DNA of 62,464 nt, the filler included, from Stramenopiles sp. TOSAG23-6 (lineage: Eukaryota), in NCBI GenBank assembly GCA_900128565.1. It is 25 parts of 25 records of this genome, joined end to end, with 100 filler letters (N's around TTAATTAATTAA, not from the genome) between each part and the next. Parts side by side here need not be neighbours in the genome. Positions count along the whole stretch, not along the records: positions 1 to 2,426 come from LT638056.1; positions 2,527 to 4,952 come from LT638057.1; positions 5,053 to 7,473 come from LT638058.1; positions 7,574 to 9,992 come from LT638059.1; positions 10,093 to 12,507 come from LT638060.1; 20 more parts are not named here. One strand, given 5' to 3'. Made by a program: the position numbers and the translations under genes. The notes under the pieces were generated by a model. The model was not told where the DNA came from, ran no database searches, and saw nothing but the letters and a program-made list of their open reading frames with translations. This document shows positions 1-12,607 of the stretch, in pieces (the stretch's first letter is position 1; the number at the start of each line of letters is the position of its first letter).

Positions 1-180
1 TATTTTTGTATAGATATTTTTGTATAGATATTTGTAGTATTATTATTTGTAGTATTATTATTTGTAGTATAGATATTTTTGTATAGATATTTGTAGTATA
101 GATATTTTTGTATAGATATTTTTGTATAGACATTTTTGTATAGATATTTGTAGTATTATTATTTGTAGTATAGATATTTT
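1..180. repeat. AT-rich minisatellite (TATAGATATTTTTG / TAGTATTATTATTTG variants); same array at 2527-2706
   Basis: Tandem 14-15-nt units are directly visible. Confidence 0.9.
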
Positions 181-829
181 TTATCTCCTTTTTGCACTGT
201 GTGTAGGTGTGCTGCGGGGGGGTAATTTGTGGGTTTGGATTAGGGTTGTTGTTTCTTGAGGATTTGATATTTATGGTGTATTATTAATAGTATAATAATA
301 TATAATACTGTAGTGGTGATGTTGTATACTAGTATTGAGATATTATTATACGGGTATAATTGATATAGTAGTGTAATATAGATATATTTTAAGACTATGC
401 TTTGAAGTTTTAATATGTTGAATAATTCATTGTACTATTGAACATTTTTAGTATAGGCTGGTTATTTTTATTTACAACAGATGTGTATTATTTGCACCAT
501 TTAACTATAAATTTCTACAAAGTTAAAAATTTTGAAATTCGGGTGAAAGTAAACTGATATTGGAGTGTTTTGATAAATCAAGTACCAAGTGAAAAATTTG
601 AGGTAAAATCGGAGTGGGGAAATCCTTGTTTTATTTTTGTTAAGTAGAAAANTTNGTATGAAAAAAAAAANTNANCAANTNGAANCATTCTGAAATGTAT
701 TTTGTTGTGTACTTACAACCATCTCGGAACAAACATTATGCTGCTATATTTAGAGATTTTTTAACACTACAAACTCAACCACAACCACAACCATTCTTCC
801 GACGACGACGTATTTTACCAGATAGTTTG

Positions 830-2427
830 TTATCTTCCAAGTGCAATTGTGTAAGATTTTTTAATTGACCAACCAGATAAGTTGTTGTTATTCAAGTTCA
901 AATATTCAAGATTTTTTAATTGACCAATTTGCTTTGGAATTGGACCAGATAGTTCGTTGAATATCAAGTTCAAAGCTGTAAGGTTTGTTAGTTGACCAAT
1001 TTCCTTTGGTATTGAACCAGATAGGTTGTTGCGGTACAAACACAAATGTTCAAGATTTTTTAGTTGACCAATTTCACTCGGAATTGAACCAGATAGATTG
1101 TTGTTGAACAACCACAGATTTTCGAGCTTTGTTAGTTGACCAATTTCAGTTGAAATTGAACCAGATAGTTCGTTGTTGTTCAACCACAACTTTTCGAGTT
1201 TTGATAATTTACCAATTTCCTTTGGTATTGAACCACATAGTTGGTTGCCTGGCAAGTACAAATCTTTGAGATTTGTTAGTTGACCAATTTCACTTGGTAT
1301 TTCACCAGATAGGTTGTTGTTAGACAAGTACAAAATTTTGAGATTTGTTACTTGACCAATTTCCGTTGGTATTGAACCAGATAGTGTGTTGCTGTACAAC
1401 CACAAATGTTCAAGATTTTTTAGTTGACCAATTTCACTCGGAATTGCACCAGATAGNTGGTTGTAGTCCAAGTGCAATTTTTCGAGTTTTGTTAGTTGAC
1501 CAATTTCCGTTGGTATTGCACCAGAATGGATGTTGCCTTCCAAGATCAATCCTTTTAGCTTTTCTAGTTGACCAATTTCCGTTGGTATTGAACCAGATAG
1601 TTCGTTGTCATACAAGTACAATCCTTCGAGATTTGTTAGTTGACCAATTTCCGTTGGTATTGAACCAGATAGGTTGTTTTTTGACAAATTTAATTTAGTA
1701 ACACTTTCTTCAGTACACCCGACTCCATACCATGTACAAATATTCGTATTTGTGTTCCAATTTGTATTAACCGACCAATTATCTCCATTTGTATTGATAT
1801 ACAACGCAGTCAAAGCTTCCCTTTCCAATAGCCGCAATAATGTGCTTTCTATACGGTTTAACCAAACATCACGGCTTTCGTTTTCTTTCTTTGTAAGAGT
1901 GTTTGTTTCTGCTTTGAAGTAATTAGAAGTTCGAGCAATCATTTTTTCAATTCTTTGTATACGATATAACATTTCTAATGAAGTTTCGCTTTCTGTGTTT
2001 TCAGAAGAATCTTTTATTTGTTCTTCAGCAGTGTATCGTCCAATTTCTCTGGCAAATTTCGTAATCATTGATTCAGCATTGTCACTGACTAGCTCATACA
2101 TCTCTTTATTTATAGCGGAAAGAGATACCATATCAGGTACAGAAAGAAAACGAGTTAAAAATTCTACTGAATACATAATATTCGTCAAAGTCGGACTTTC
2201 TCCATCCACTTCTTCAGGGGTAAAAACGGTTGCGTCCGTTTCATTTAACTCTTCCATGGCAGGTTTTCGAAAAGTTTCGGAAGTAGCGGCTTTGAAAATA
2301 ATTGATGATTCTGGTTCTGGTTCTGGTTGTTGAGATTGAGTTTTTTCATCCATTTCTTTAGCCTTCCACGCAGCCTTAATGATTCGCGCACCAGCCCGAC
2401 GTTCCTCCTCTTCCGCAGCCGCCGCAN
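830..2427 (-). CDS. LRR protein: F-box-like segment, LRRNT cap and about 12 plant-type 24-aa LRRs (5' partial)
   Basis: LxLxxNxLSGxIPxEIGQLxxL repeats, cap ALYxxTNGDNW...CTWYGVGC, and F-box-like FLTRFLSVPDMVSLSAINKEMY. The frame stays open upstream of ATG 2353 to the contig edge. Confidence 0.88.
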
Positions 2428-2526
2428 NNNNNNNNNNNNNNNNNNNNNNNNNNNNNNNNNNNNNNNNNNNTTAATTAATTAANNNNNNNNNNNNNNNNNN
2501 NNNNNNNNNNNNNNNNNNNNNNNNNN
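2428..2526. other. Artificial contig spacer (N-run, TTAATTAATTAA, N-run); recurs about every 2.5 kb, 24 times
   Basis: An identical six-frame-stop linker flanked by Ns occurs at regular intervals, and the flanking sequences are unrelated. Confidence 0.98.
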
Positions 2527-3355
2527 TATTTTTGTATAGATATTTTTGTATAGATATTTGTAGTATTATTATTTGTAGTATTATTATTTGTAGTATAGAT
2601 ATTTTTGTATAGATATTTGTAGTATAGATATTTTTGTATAGATATTTTTGTATAGACATTTTTGTATAGATATTTGTAGTATTATTATTTGTAGTATAGA
2701 TATTTTTTATCTCCTTTTTGCACTGTGTGTAGGTGTGCTGCGGGGGGGTAATTTGTGGGTTTGGATTAGGGTTGTTGTTTCTTGAGGATTTGATATTTAT
2801 GGTGTATTATTAATAGTATAATAATATATAATACTGTAGTGGTGATGTTGTATACTAGTATTGAGATATTATTATACGGGTATAATTGATATAGTAGTGT
2901 AATATAGATATATTTTAAGACTATGCTTTGAAGTTTTAATATGTTGAATAATTCATTGTACTATTGAACATTTTTAGTATAGGCTGGTTATTTTTATTTA
3001 CAACAGATGTGTATTATTTGCACCATTTAACTATAAATTTCTACAAAGTTAAAAATTTTGAAATTCGGGTGAAAGTAAACTGATATTGGAGTGTTTTGAT
3101 AAATCAAGTACCAAGTGAAAAATTTGAGGTAAAATCGGAGTGGGGAAATCCTTGTTTTATTTTTGTTAAGTAGAAAANTTNGTATGAAAAAAAAAANTNA
3201 NCAANTNGAANCATTCTGAAATGTATTTTGTTGTGTACTTACAACCATCTCGGAACAAACATTATGCTGCTATATTTAGAGATTTTTTAACACTACAAAC
3301 TCAACCACAACCACAACCATTCTTCCGACGACGACGTATTTTACCAGATAGTTTG

Positions 3356-4952
3356 TTATCTTCCAAGTGCAATTGTGTAAGATTTTTTAATTGACCAACC
3401 AGATAAGTTGTTGTTATTCAAGTTCAAATATTCAAGATTTTTTAATTGACCAATTTGCTTTGGAATTGGACCAGATAGTTCGTTGAATATCAAGTTCAAA
3501 GCTGTAAGGTTTGTTAGTTGACCAATTTCCTTTGGTATTGAACCAGATAGGTTGTTGCGGTACAAACACAAATGTTCAAGATTTTTTAGTTGACCAATTT
3601 CACTCGGAATTGAACCAGATAGATTGTTGTTGAACAACCACAGATTTTCGAGCTTTGTTAGTTGACCAATTTCAGTTGAAATTGAACCAGATAGTTCGTT
3701 GTTGTTCAACCACAACTTTTCGAGTTTTGATAATTTACCAATTTCCTTTGGTATTGAACCACATAGTTGGTTGCCTGGCAAGTACAAATCTTTGAGATTT
3801 GTTAGTTGACCAATTTCACTTGGTATTTCACCAGATAGGTTGTTGTTAGACAAGTACAAAATTTTGAGATTTGTTACTTGACCAATTTCCGTTGGTATTG
3901 AACCAGATAGTGTGTTGCTGTACAACCACAAATGTTCAAGATTTTTTAGTTGACCAATTTCACTCGGAATTGCACCAGATAGNTGGTTGTAGTCCAAGTG
4001 CAATTTTTCGAGTTTTGTTAGTTGACCAATTTCCGTTGGTATTGCACCAGAATGGATGTTGCCTTCCAAGATCAATCCTTTTAGCTTTTCTAGTTGACCA
4101 ATTTCCGTTGGTATTGAACCAGATAGTTCGTTGTCATACAAGTACAATCCTTCGAGATTTGTTAGTTGACCAATTTCCGTTGGTATTGAACCAGATAGGT
4201 TGTTTTTTGACAAATTTAATTTAGTAACACTTTCTTCAGTACACCCGACTCCATACCATGTACAAATATTCGTATTTGTGTTCCAATTTGTATTAACCGA
4301 CCAATTATCTCCATTTGTATTGATATACAACGCAGTCAAAGCTTCCCTTTCCAATAGCCGCAATAATGTGCTTTCTATACGGTTTAACCAAACATCACGG
4401 CTTTCGTTTTCTTTCTTTGTAAGAGTGTTTGTTTCTGCTTTGAAGTAATTAGAAGTTCGAGCAATCATTTTTTCAATTCTTTGTATACGATATAACATTT
4501 CTAATGAAGTTTCGCTTTCTGTGTTTTCAGAAGAATCTTTTATTTGTTCTTCAGCAGTGTATCGTCCAATTTCTCTGGCAAATTTCGTAATCATTGATTC
4601 AGCATTGTCACTGACTAGCTCATACATCTCTTTATTTATAGCGGAAAGAGATACCATATCAGGTACAGAAAGAAAACGAGTTAAAAATTCTACTGAATAC
4701 ATAATATTCGTCAAAGTCGGACTTTCTCCATCCACTTCTTCAGGGGTAAAAACGGTTGCGTCCGTTTCATTTAACTCTTCCATGGCAGGTTTTCGAAAAG
4801 TTTCGGAAGTAGCGGCTTTGAAAATAATTGATGATTCTGGTTCTGGTTCTGGTTGTTGAGATTGAGTTTTTTCATCCATTTCTTTAGCCTTCCACGCAGC
4901 CTTAATGATTCGCGCACCAGCCCGACGTTCCTCCTCTTCCGCAGCCGCCGCA
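3356..4952 (-). CDS. Duplicate of the LRR gene in contig 1
   Basis: Contig 2527-4952 repeats contig 1, including the positions of ambiguous bases. Confidence 0.85.
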
Positions 4953-5052
4953 NNNNNNNNNNNNNNNNNNNNNNNNNNNNNNNNNNNNNNNNNNNNTTAA
5001 TTAATTAANNNNNNNNNNNNNNNNNNNNNNNNNNNNNNNNNNNNNNNNNNNN

Positions 5053-7473
5053 TGATCAAAAATGTACGGAGTGTAATAGCAACAATACACTTGAAAGTAA
5101 TGGAACATGTACATGTAAACCTGGTTTCTACAAAGATGGCGATGCATGCAAAGAATGTACTTCACAGAAGGGAACTACCTTTGATGGTAACATGGCTGAT
5201 AAACCATGTATTTATGGAGGATTAGACGTTGGAGTTGGGTTACCTAATAATGCAAAGAAAGTTGAAGCAGGTGTACTAACATCTGTTCCAGTGTACTATG
5301 CGAATGAAGCATGACTCCCATGGATCAAAAATATGCAAGGTGAAGAGTACTAACGATAATCCTTGGCCTAATTTAGGGGCAGGGAATATAGTTTGCACGA
5401 CGCCAACGCTGATACCACTATATCATAATATGATTATTTTCAAGCTAAATGGAGCCAAGACTAAAAGAAAATCACAAGGACACCATGCCAATTATTACAA
5501 AGATCAAGATGGTTTACTGCATTTATGTGGGTATTGCTCAAAAGGTTATGAAAGTAGCAGTTCATGTCCCGAAAAAGAGGGAGGTTGTACAAAATGTTCC
5601 ATCGGGAAATATCAGGACAGTGTGGATAGAAAAGTAAGCTGCAAAGCATGTTCTACAGTTGATGATTGTGCTGATGATAAAACTACATGTACTACAGGAA
5701 GCGACTCGACGTGCATTGAATGCTCAACAGGTTTCCACGTAAGCTTCTCCTCGGATACGTGTTCAAGGACGTGTAGTACGACATACAATGGCAATGGCGA
5801 AGTAATTGACGGTGCCACTGGTAAATATGTAGGGACCCAGGGAGATGTTGATGAGCTCTGTGTTCGTACGTTTTCAAGGACAAGTTATGGTCACGATTGT
5901 AAGCCTGCAAATGCTTTTGCATGTGGGAGTGGTTATGTAAAATGTCGAAACCGCGACAGATCAACACAAAGTTGCACCGCCTGTGCACCTGTTGCCGGTT
6001 GTAAAGCAGGTAAAACAATATGCTCTGACAAGAATAGTTCAGAGTGTACTGAGTGTGATGATAATATGTCTGGTACTGATTGTGCATGCATTGCAGGCTT
6101 CTACAAAGATGGAAATACGTGTAAAGCATGTAAAGCTCTTACAAACTGTGGTGTTGGGCACCTTTCATGTACCAACAGCAACGATTCAAAATGTGGCGAT
6201 TGTGCGGATGGTTATTTTGAGCATAGTGATGGTAGCTGTGATCTATGTACCGCTGTTCCTGGTTGTGCTGCTGGAAAAACAACTTGTACGAATGATCAGG
6301 ATCAAAAATGTACTGAGTGTAATAGCAACAGTACACTTGAAAATAATGGAACATGTACATGTAAACTTGGATTCTATGACACGGATTGTAGTAAAACATG
6401 TGGAGATGTCAGTGGTTGCAAAGATGGAAAAACAACATGTACAAATGACCAGGACCAAAAATGCAATAAATGTGCTGATGCAAATGCGGATGTTACGTAC
6501 AAATGTATGACTGGTTCTGTATGGAAGGCGATACCCGGATGGAACGGCAATCCTGCCCAACAGAAAGTGGCTTNNNNNNNNNNNNNNNNNNNNNNNNNNN
6601 NNNNNNNNNNNNNNNNNNNNNNNNNNNNNNNNNNNNNNNNNNNNNNNNNNNNNNNNNNNNNNNNNNGTGTACATGCAAAGATGGATTCTACGTTGATGGA
6701 GAGACTTGTAAACAATGTACAGCTATCCCTGGGTGTGATTCTGATAACATCACTTGTTCATCATCAAGTGGACAAAAATGTTCATCCTGTACGGACTCCA
6801 AAGCAACGGGTGATACATGTCAAAATTGTCCTGCCGAGTATTATAATGAAGCAGGTGAATGTAAACAGTGTACTACTATTCAAGGTTGTAAGGCTGGAAA
6901 AACGACGTGTACGAATCAAAATGATCAAAAATGTAGCGAATGTTCANNNNNNNNNNNNNNNNNNNNNNNNNNNNNNNNNNNNNNNNNNNNNNNNNNNNNN
7001 NNNNNNNNNNNNNNNNTTCTTGTACTGCTGCATACTACAAAGGATTTGCAACAGGCGTATGTACTAAAAAGTGCAGTGCAACGTACTCTGGAAACGGGGC
7101 TACAAAACATGGTATCAATGGTAAATACAATAACGGTGCATCCGATTCTGATAAAAATATTTGCGTTCGTAAAAATTATGATTCTAATTTCGGATTCTAT
7201 TGTATCAAAGCATCCCCAAATTGCCCTTCTGATTTTACAAAATGTGAAAATCAAGCTTCAGCTGCGCAAACGTGCAACAGCTGTACACCTGTTCCGGCGT
7301 GTAAACAAGACAAAACAATATGTACAACCGGCAGTAATGAAACATGTACTGAGTGTAATAGCAACAGTACACTTGAAAGTAATGGAACATGTGCATGTAA
7401 ACTTGGATTCTATGACAGTGACTGTAGTAAAACATGTACTGCTGTTCCTGGTTGTGCTGCTGGAAAAACAACT
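5053..7473 (+). CDS. Large cysteine-rich repeat (furin/TNFR/VSP-like) surface protein, internal fragment with gaps and a frame break near 5300
   Basis: Recurrent CxxC, CxCxxGFY and GKTTCTNDQDQKCTEC modules across ORFs 5298, 6503 and 6940. An upstream frame from 5054 stops near 5312. Confidence 0.8.
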
Positions 7474-7575
7474 NNNNNNNNNNNNNNNNNNNNNNNNNNN
7501 NNNNNNNNNNNNNNNNNTTAATTAATTAANNNNNNNNNNNNNNNNNNNNNNNNNNNNNNNNNNNNNNNNNNNNAC

Positions 7576-8598
7576 CTAACAATTTTTTTTTAAATTTTCT
7601 TTCAAATAATGTTGTTTCTCTGATATAGATTTTGGTGAGTAATTGATACCAGGAACATTAAAGTGGTCAAATCTTCCGATACGCAATAGCGGTGATGATT
7701 CATCTATTTCGTGTATTATTGGGGATGGGATATTAAGTAAAAGATGGTTTTCTTGTGGCGTAGTTATCTTCAAATTACTATATTGTAAATATTTCATTTC
7801 AGATTTTAAATTTTTTGCATCTCGAATTAAATACAAGTATACTTCTGCTTGAATGAGTGCCTTTCGTCTCAAGTCTAAAACCTGGATGACAAAATATAGC
7901 TTCCCACGATGTTCTCTAATAATAGCTCTATCACTAAATATAATAGATAAATCACGACTTGTACCATTTGATAACTGTGCGCATATTATCCCAAATAATA
8001 CTGCATCTAAAAGAGTGTACTGTGAAAAAATATGTTAAATTTTAGTGTTTTGTTAGCTTAGTATGTACAAATTTTAGTATGAAAAAAAGTATTTTAATTT
8101 TTTAATGTAAATAACGTACATTCCCAATAGACTTTGAAACATAATTAACATTGCCGGTTCCCAGCAATGACCAAAGTTTGGGTCATCTACGCCATACCCG
8201 ATAGTCATCATTGTTATGAGCGAGAAATAGTATGCTTCAAGTATGTTGTTGACGTTGATGCTACATTTTTCTGATAGATAAAGGTAAACTATGGCAAATA
8301 GTATCATTACAATGTTATACACGACTAAACAAACAACAAGAGTACTGAAAACACCTTTATCAGAAATAGTATGATACCAATCTTGATATTGAAAGTTCTG
8401 AGTCGTATTTTTATGTTGGAGGTTAAAATGTTTGTTACTTTGCTTCGAAGAACGATTCCGGCTAAGAAATCGCGTGACGCCGTCATCAATTGGAACTGTT
8501 TGCATTGAATCATAAGAATTTTGCTGGGAGCTTGAAGGTTGCACCAGATAAGTCGTATCATGATCTTCAAAACTTCTAATTCTTCCTCTTGTACTCAT
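7576..8598 (-). CDS. Inward-rectifier K+ channel (Kir); exons 8598-8120 and 8014 to about 7600; 3' partial
   Basis: TIGYG filter, QSLLG|ILLDAVLFG...IIFSDRAII and IIHEIDESSPL motifs. The intron is 8015-8119. Confidence 0.9.
8015..8119 (-). other. Non-canonical intron, GT-AC (AT-AC if shifted 2 nt)
   Basis: Removal restores Kir TM2 as QSLLGILLDA. The nearby CAG would cause a frameshift. Confidence 0.75.
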
Positions 8599-8908
8599 TT
8601 TAACTTATTTGTTACAGCTAAATAATTTATATAAGTTGTTGTAATGATGTTGTTGTTTTGAACTAAAAAATGGGTAATAATAATACGAGGTAATGTGTGA
8701 AGGTAGTGAAAACTGAAAAGAACCGGAACGAAAAAAAAATTTTAAATTTCAAAATTTTTTAAAAATTTCGGAATTCAAATCTAAATCTAAATCAAATCGA
8801 AATCTATCCATAAATAAATAAAACACGAAATAGTTACAAATCAAATCGAAATATAAACTATTTCGTATTACATTACATTTATTATAAAAAGCCTATATAA
8901 CTAAACGA

Positions 8909-9992
8909 CTATTTGTTTGTATTTTTTAATTTTTCAGCATTTACTCTTTGTACTGCATCATTCGTTGCAGTAAATAATTCAGTGTCTTCAGCATTTAGCC
9001 TCCGAATCTCCTTTTGAAACATAACAAAATAAGGTAGTGCATTTTGAACCATATCAAATTCAGGATCAAGTTGGCGAATCAAACCTTCTGATATACTAAT
9101 AGTAACTAACGAAGATGCTACATCTCCTTTCAAGCGAACATTATGCTTATGTAAATTAAATAATAGTTCGCCCATCAAATCACCAACTGAAATAGGACCC
9201 CCATCAGGTGCACAGGTACCCGACGGGCCAACCCAATGAGATGCAATTTCCTTTATATCTTTCTCAAGAGCTAAAACATCAATCGGATCCTCAGTACCTT
9301 CAATCTTTTCACTAAATTGCACAAGTCGATTAGCCATTCCAGCAGCATCACCAGTACACATTGCATATAAAAATCCCATGAATGGGGCACGCATTTCATC
9401 TGATAATGATGTTGTCACACCAGCATCAATAACAGTAAGTGTCATGTGATCAGGATTCTCATTAAAAAGTAAATTACCTGCGTGTAAGTCTCCATGCACA
9501 AGATTATCCCGAATCATCATTTTAATATTCACATCAAAAATTATACGCGCCAATTGTTGTTGTTTGGCTTTCAACTTACTAGACGTCATATCTTGCACAG
9601 TTTTAAATGCGGTTTTGATAACTTCNNNNNNNNNNNNNNNNNNNNNNNNNNNNNNNNNNNNNNNNNNNNNNNNNNNNNNNNNNNNNNNNNNNNNNNNNNN
9701 NNNNNNNNNNNNNNNNNNTTTCTTCATTGTTTCAATTGTTTCATCAACAGCGAGGGATTTCTTCATTGTTTCAATTGTTTCATCAACAGCTTTACCGGAT
9801 TTCTTCATTGTTTCAATTGTTTCATCAACAGCTTTACTTACGGCCTGTTCCACACGAGACCAACCCTCAGTCACTACCTCAAATATATTGGCAACCGATC
9901 GAGCATCACACCAAGACTCGACTAATACGGTAGATGATAATAACTCTGGTGATACTTCAGGGAAGTATACTTCACCCGCTTCGAATTTTTTG
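8909..9992 (-). CDS. ABC1/ADCK atypical kinase, C-terminal part (5' partial)
   Basis: KMMIRDNLVHGDLHAGNLL, IDAG and EGLIRQLDPEFD motifs. Confidence 0.88.
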
Positions 9993-10237
9993 NNNNNNNN
10001 NNNNNNNNNNNNNNNNNNNNNNNNNNNNNNNNNNNNTTAATTAATTAANNNNNNNNNNNNNNNNNNNNNNNNNNNNNNNNNNNNNNNNNNNNTTGGCGCC
10101 AAAAATGTAGGGTACCAAAATATATCTTGTACCCGAAGTCCACAGGAACCTTGCTGAGCAAGACATTGGTTGACGTAAACTATTCATCACTTACAAAAAG
10201 TTCTTGTTTTTAAATCAACAAGAAGAAAAGGAGAAAA

Positions 10238-11773
10238 ATGACTGCTTCTTATCTTACGGATGATTATGTATGGCTCGTTGTTATGGGTGCGCTTGCGAGT
10301 TTCTCTGCTGCATTCGGCATTGGTGCTAATGACGTTGCAAACTCACTTGCTACGGCTGTTGGTTCCANAGCCATTACCAAAACGCAAGCCGTCTTTCTTG
10401 CGGCATTCTTCGAATTCTTTGGAAGTATTTTACTCGGGAACCATGTAACAAAGACTATTCGCAAAGGTATTGCNGACCAAGAATGCTTTGAAGACAATCC
10501 TGCTCTGCTCATGTATGGAATGATGTGTGTTCTTTTCGCTGTTGCAATCTGGCTTTACTTGGCGACTAAATGGAGAATGCCTGTAAGTACAACTCATTCT
10601 TGTGTCGGTGGTATTGTTGGTATGACTATGGTATTAGTCGGTACCGGATGTGTTACCTGGTATAAAAAGAAAGATGACTTCCCATTTGTTGGTGGTGTTG
10701 CTGGAATTGTCGTCAGTTGGTTTGTTGCTCCTGTGCTATCATGTGCCTTTGCAACGGTTCTCTTTTTGTTTGTTCGTACATTCATTCTTCGATCTGAACA
10801 CTCTTATGAACGTGCATATAAGTTTTATCCATTCCTCGTATTTGTAACACTGACCGTTTGTGGCCTTTTTATTATCTTTAAAGGAGCAAAAGGAACAGAC
10901 CTTGATTTAAGTCTTGGTGAAGCCTTTGCTGTTTCTACAGGTTTTGCCTTTGTAGTTGCTATGGTAATGATACCAACTGTTCTACCTTGGATTCGTAGAA
11001 GAATTGATGAACAAATGGCAGAAAGAGAGAATGCTCTTGAAGCTGGNGAAAAACAAGTTGAAATGACTGAACCAGAAAAGAAAAACGTAGGTGTACTTAG
11101 NAAAATTTCTCATCATGTATCAAAGAATCTTAATAGAGATTCCCATGCTATTGTCCTCGAAGATGCAACAACGGCTGCNGTTCACGATAACTGTGAAGTA
11201 TTTGATGAAAAAACTGAAATGTTTTTCAGGTATGTACAAGTATTTACTTGCTGTTGCGATAGTTTTTCTCATGGTGCAAATGACGTTGCTAACTCTATTG
11301 GTCCGTTTGCTGCAATTTATGTGGTTTATAATGCAGGAGAGGTTTCTAAGAAAAATGAACTTGGAGATGACGCATATTGGATTCTTGCTCTCGGTGCTGT
11401 TGGGATTGTAATTGGGTTAGCTATTTATGGTTACAAGATTATGGAAGTTCTTGGTACACAAATGGTGAAATGCACTCCTTCAAGAGGATTTTCTATTGAA
11501 TTAGGTGCCGTTGCTGTAATCATTATGGGTACAAGACTCGGAATTCCACTTTCGACAACACATTGCCAAGTAGGTGCTACGTGTGGTGTAGCCTGGTGTG
11601 AAGGTAGGCAGGGTATTAACTACAAAGTTCTTTTTACAGTTATAGCCGGATGGGTTCTCACTTTGCTTGTTGCCGGTGGAACTGCTGGAATCTTTTCTGC
11701 GATGGGAGCATATGCCCCAAGTGCACACGGAGTTACATTTGAGGGAATGAAAGTTGCGGTACCAGTTGCTTAG
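10238..11773 (+). CDS. PHO4: PHO4/PiT (SLC20) phosphate transporter
   Basis: Two GANDVANS signatures, PVSTTHS and PLSTTHCQVG motifs, many TM helices. Intronless and complete. Confidence 0.95.
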   Translation: MTASYLTDDYVWLVVMGALASFSAAFGIGANDVANSLATAVGSXAITKTQAVFLAAFFEFFGSILLGNHVTKTIRKGIXDQECFEDNPALLMYGMMCVLFAVAIWLYLATKWRMPVSTTHSCVGGIVGMTMVLVGTGCVTWYKKKDDFPFVGGVAGIVVSWFVAPVLSCAFATVLFLFVRTFILRSEHSYERAYKFYPFLVFVTLTVCGLFIIFKGAKGTDLDLSLGEAFAVSTGFAFVVAMVMIPTVLPWIRRRIDEQMAERENALEAXEKQVEMTEPEKKNVGVLXKISHHVSKNLNRDSHAIVLEDATTAXVHDNCEVFDEKTEMFFRYVQVFTCCCDSFSHGANDVANSIGPFAAIYVVYNAGEVSKKNELGDDAYWILALGAVGIVIGLAIYGYKIMEVLGTQMVKCTPSRGFSIELGAVAVIIMGTRLGIPLSTTHCQVGATCGVAWCEGRQGINYKVLFTVIAGWVLTLLVAGGTAGIFSAMGAYAPSAHGVTFEGMKVAVPVA

Positions 11774-12607
11774 TTTAGTNTAGTGTTACAATTTAGGGAT
11801 AATTTATACATCGATGTATTATTGTTTTAATTGAAAACTGTATATCAATTTGACTTTGGAAATATACAACATATTCGTATATGAAAAAATAAAAGAATTC
11901 CTAACTATATTATACATTTTTATTGTTTTACTCAAAAATTTATTCAGATAGTAATCATAATCACTCTTGATTGTAGAAACAAACACATTTTGATGTACAA
12001 TACAGGTTGAAATATTATTGAATGAATATTTTACATTAAATATTTATACAACAGAAATCAACTCATTTTAAATAATAGATGAAAATATACAAATAGTAAT
12101 GACACTGAAATCATCAAAAATAAACAATAAAAAAATAAATATACACAACAATACTTTTTTTGGCGGACCTCATTGTTTATTATTAATATTAAATTAACTC
12201 AATCCTAAGAGAATTACTCTCCTATTTTTTTTTTTTTTCCTATTTTTTTTGTAATATATCTCATTTCGTCGTTTTCTTCACACACTCTTTTTTATGTGTA
12301 CTCTTCCAATGTATTTTCTGACACTTTTTTGAACAATACGCAACACAATAACACCGACTACAAAGAAGCATTTTTTGATGTGTGCCCTCTTTACCACATG
12401 TAAAACATGTTGATTTGTTGTGTTTAATTATTAATCTCTTTGTTTCATCATTTTCTACATCTTTTATCTGCTTTAATGCTTTTGCATTCCACTTTGATGC
12501 AGTTTTCNNNNNNNNNNNNNNNNNNNNNNNNNNNNNNNNNNNNNNNNNNNNTTAATTAATTAANNNNNNNNNNNNNNNNNNNNNNNNNNNNNNNNNNNNN
12601 NNNNNNN

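Noticed and set aside
2428-2526. Regularly spaced TTAATTAATTAA motif as a biological repeat or nanochromosome boundary
   Set aside because: It is embedded in fixed N-runs between length-sorted contigs, so it is a concatenation linker. Gene adjacency across linkers is meaningless.
2527-4952. Tandem duplication of the LRR locus
   Set aside because: Identical down to ambiguous bases and separated by a linker, so it is a redundant contig.
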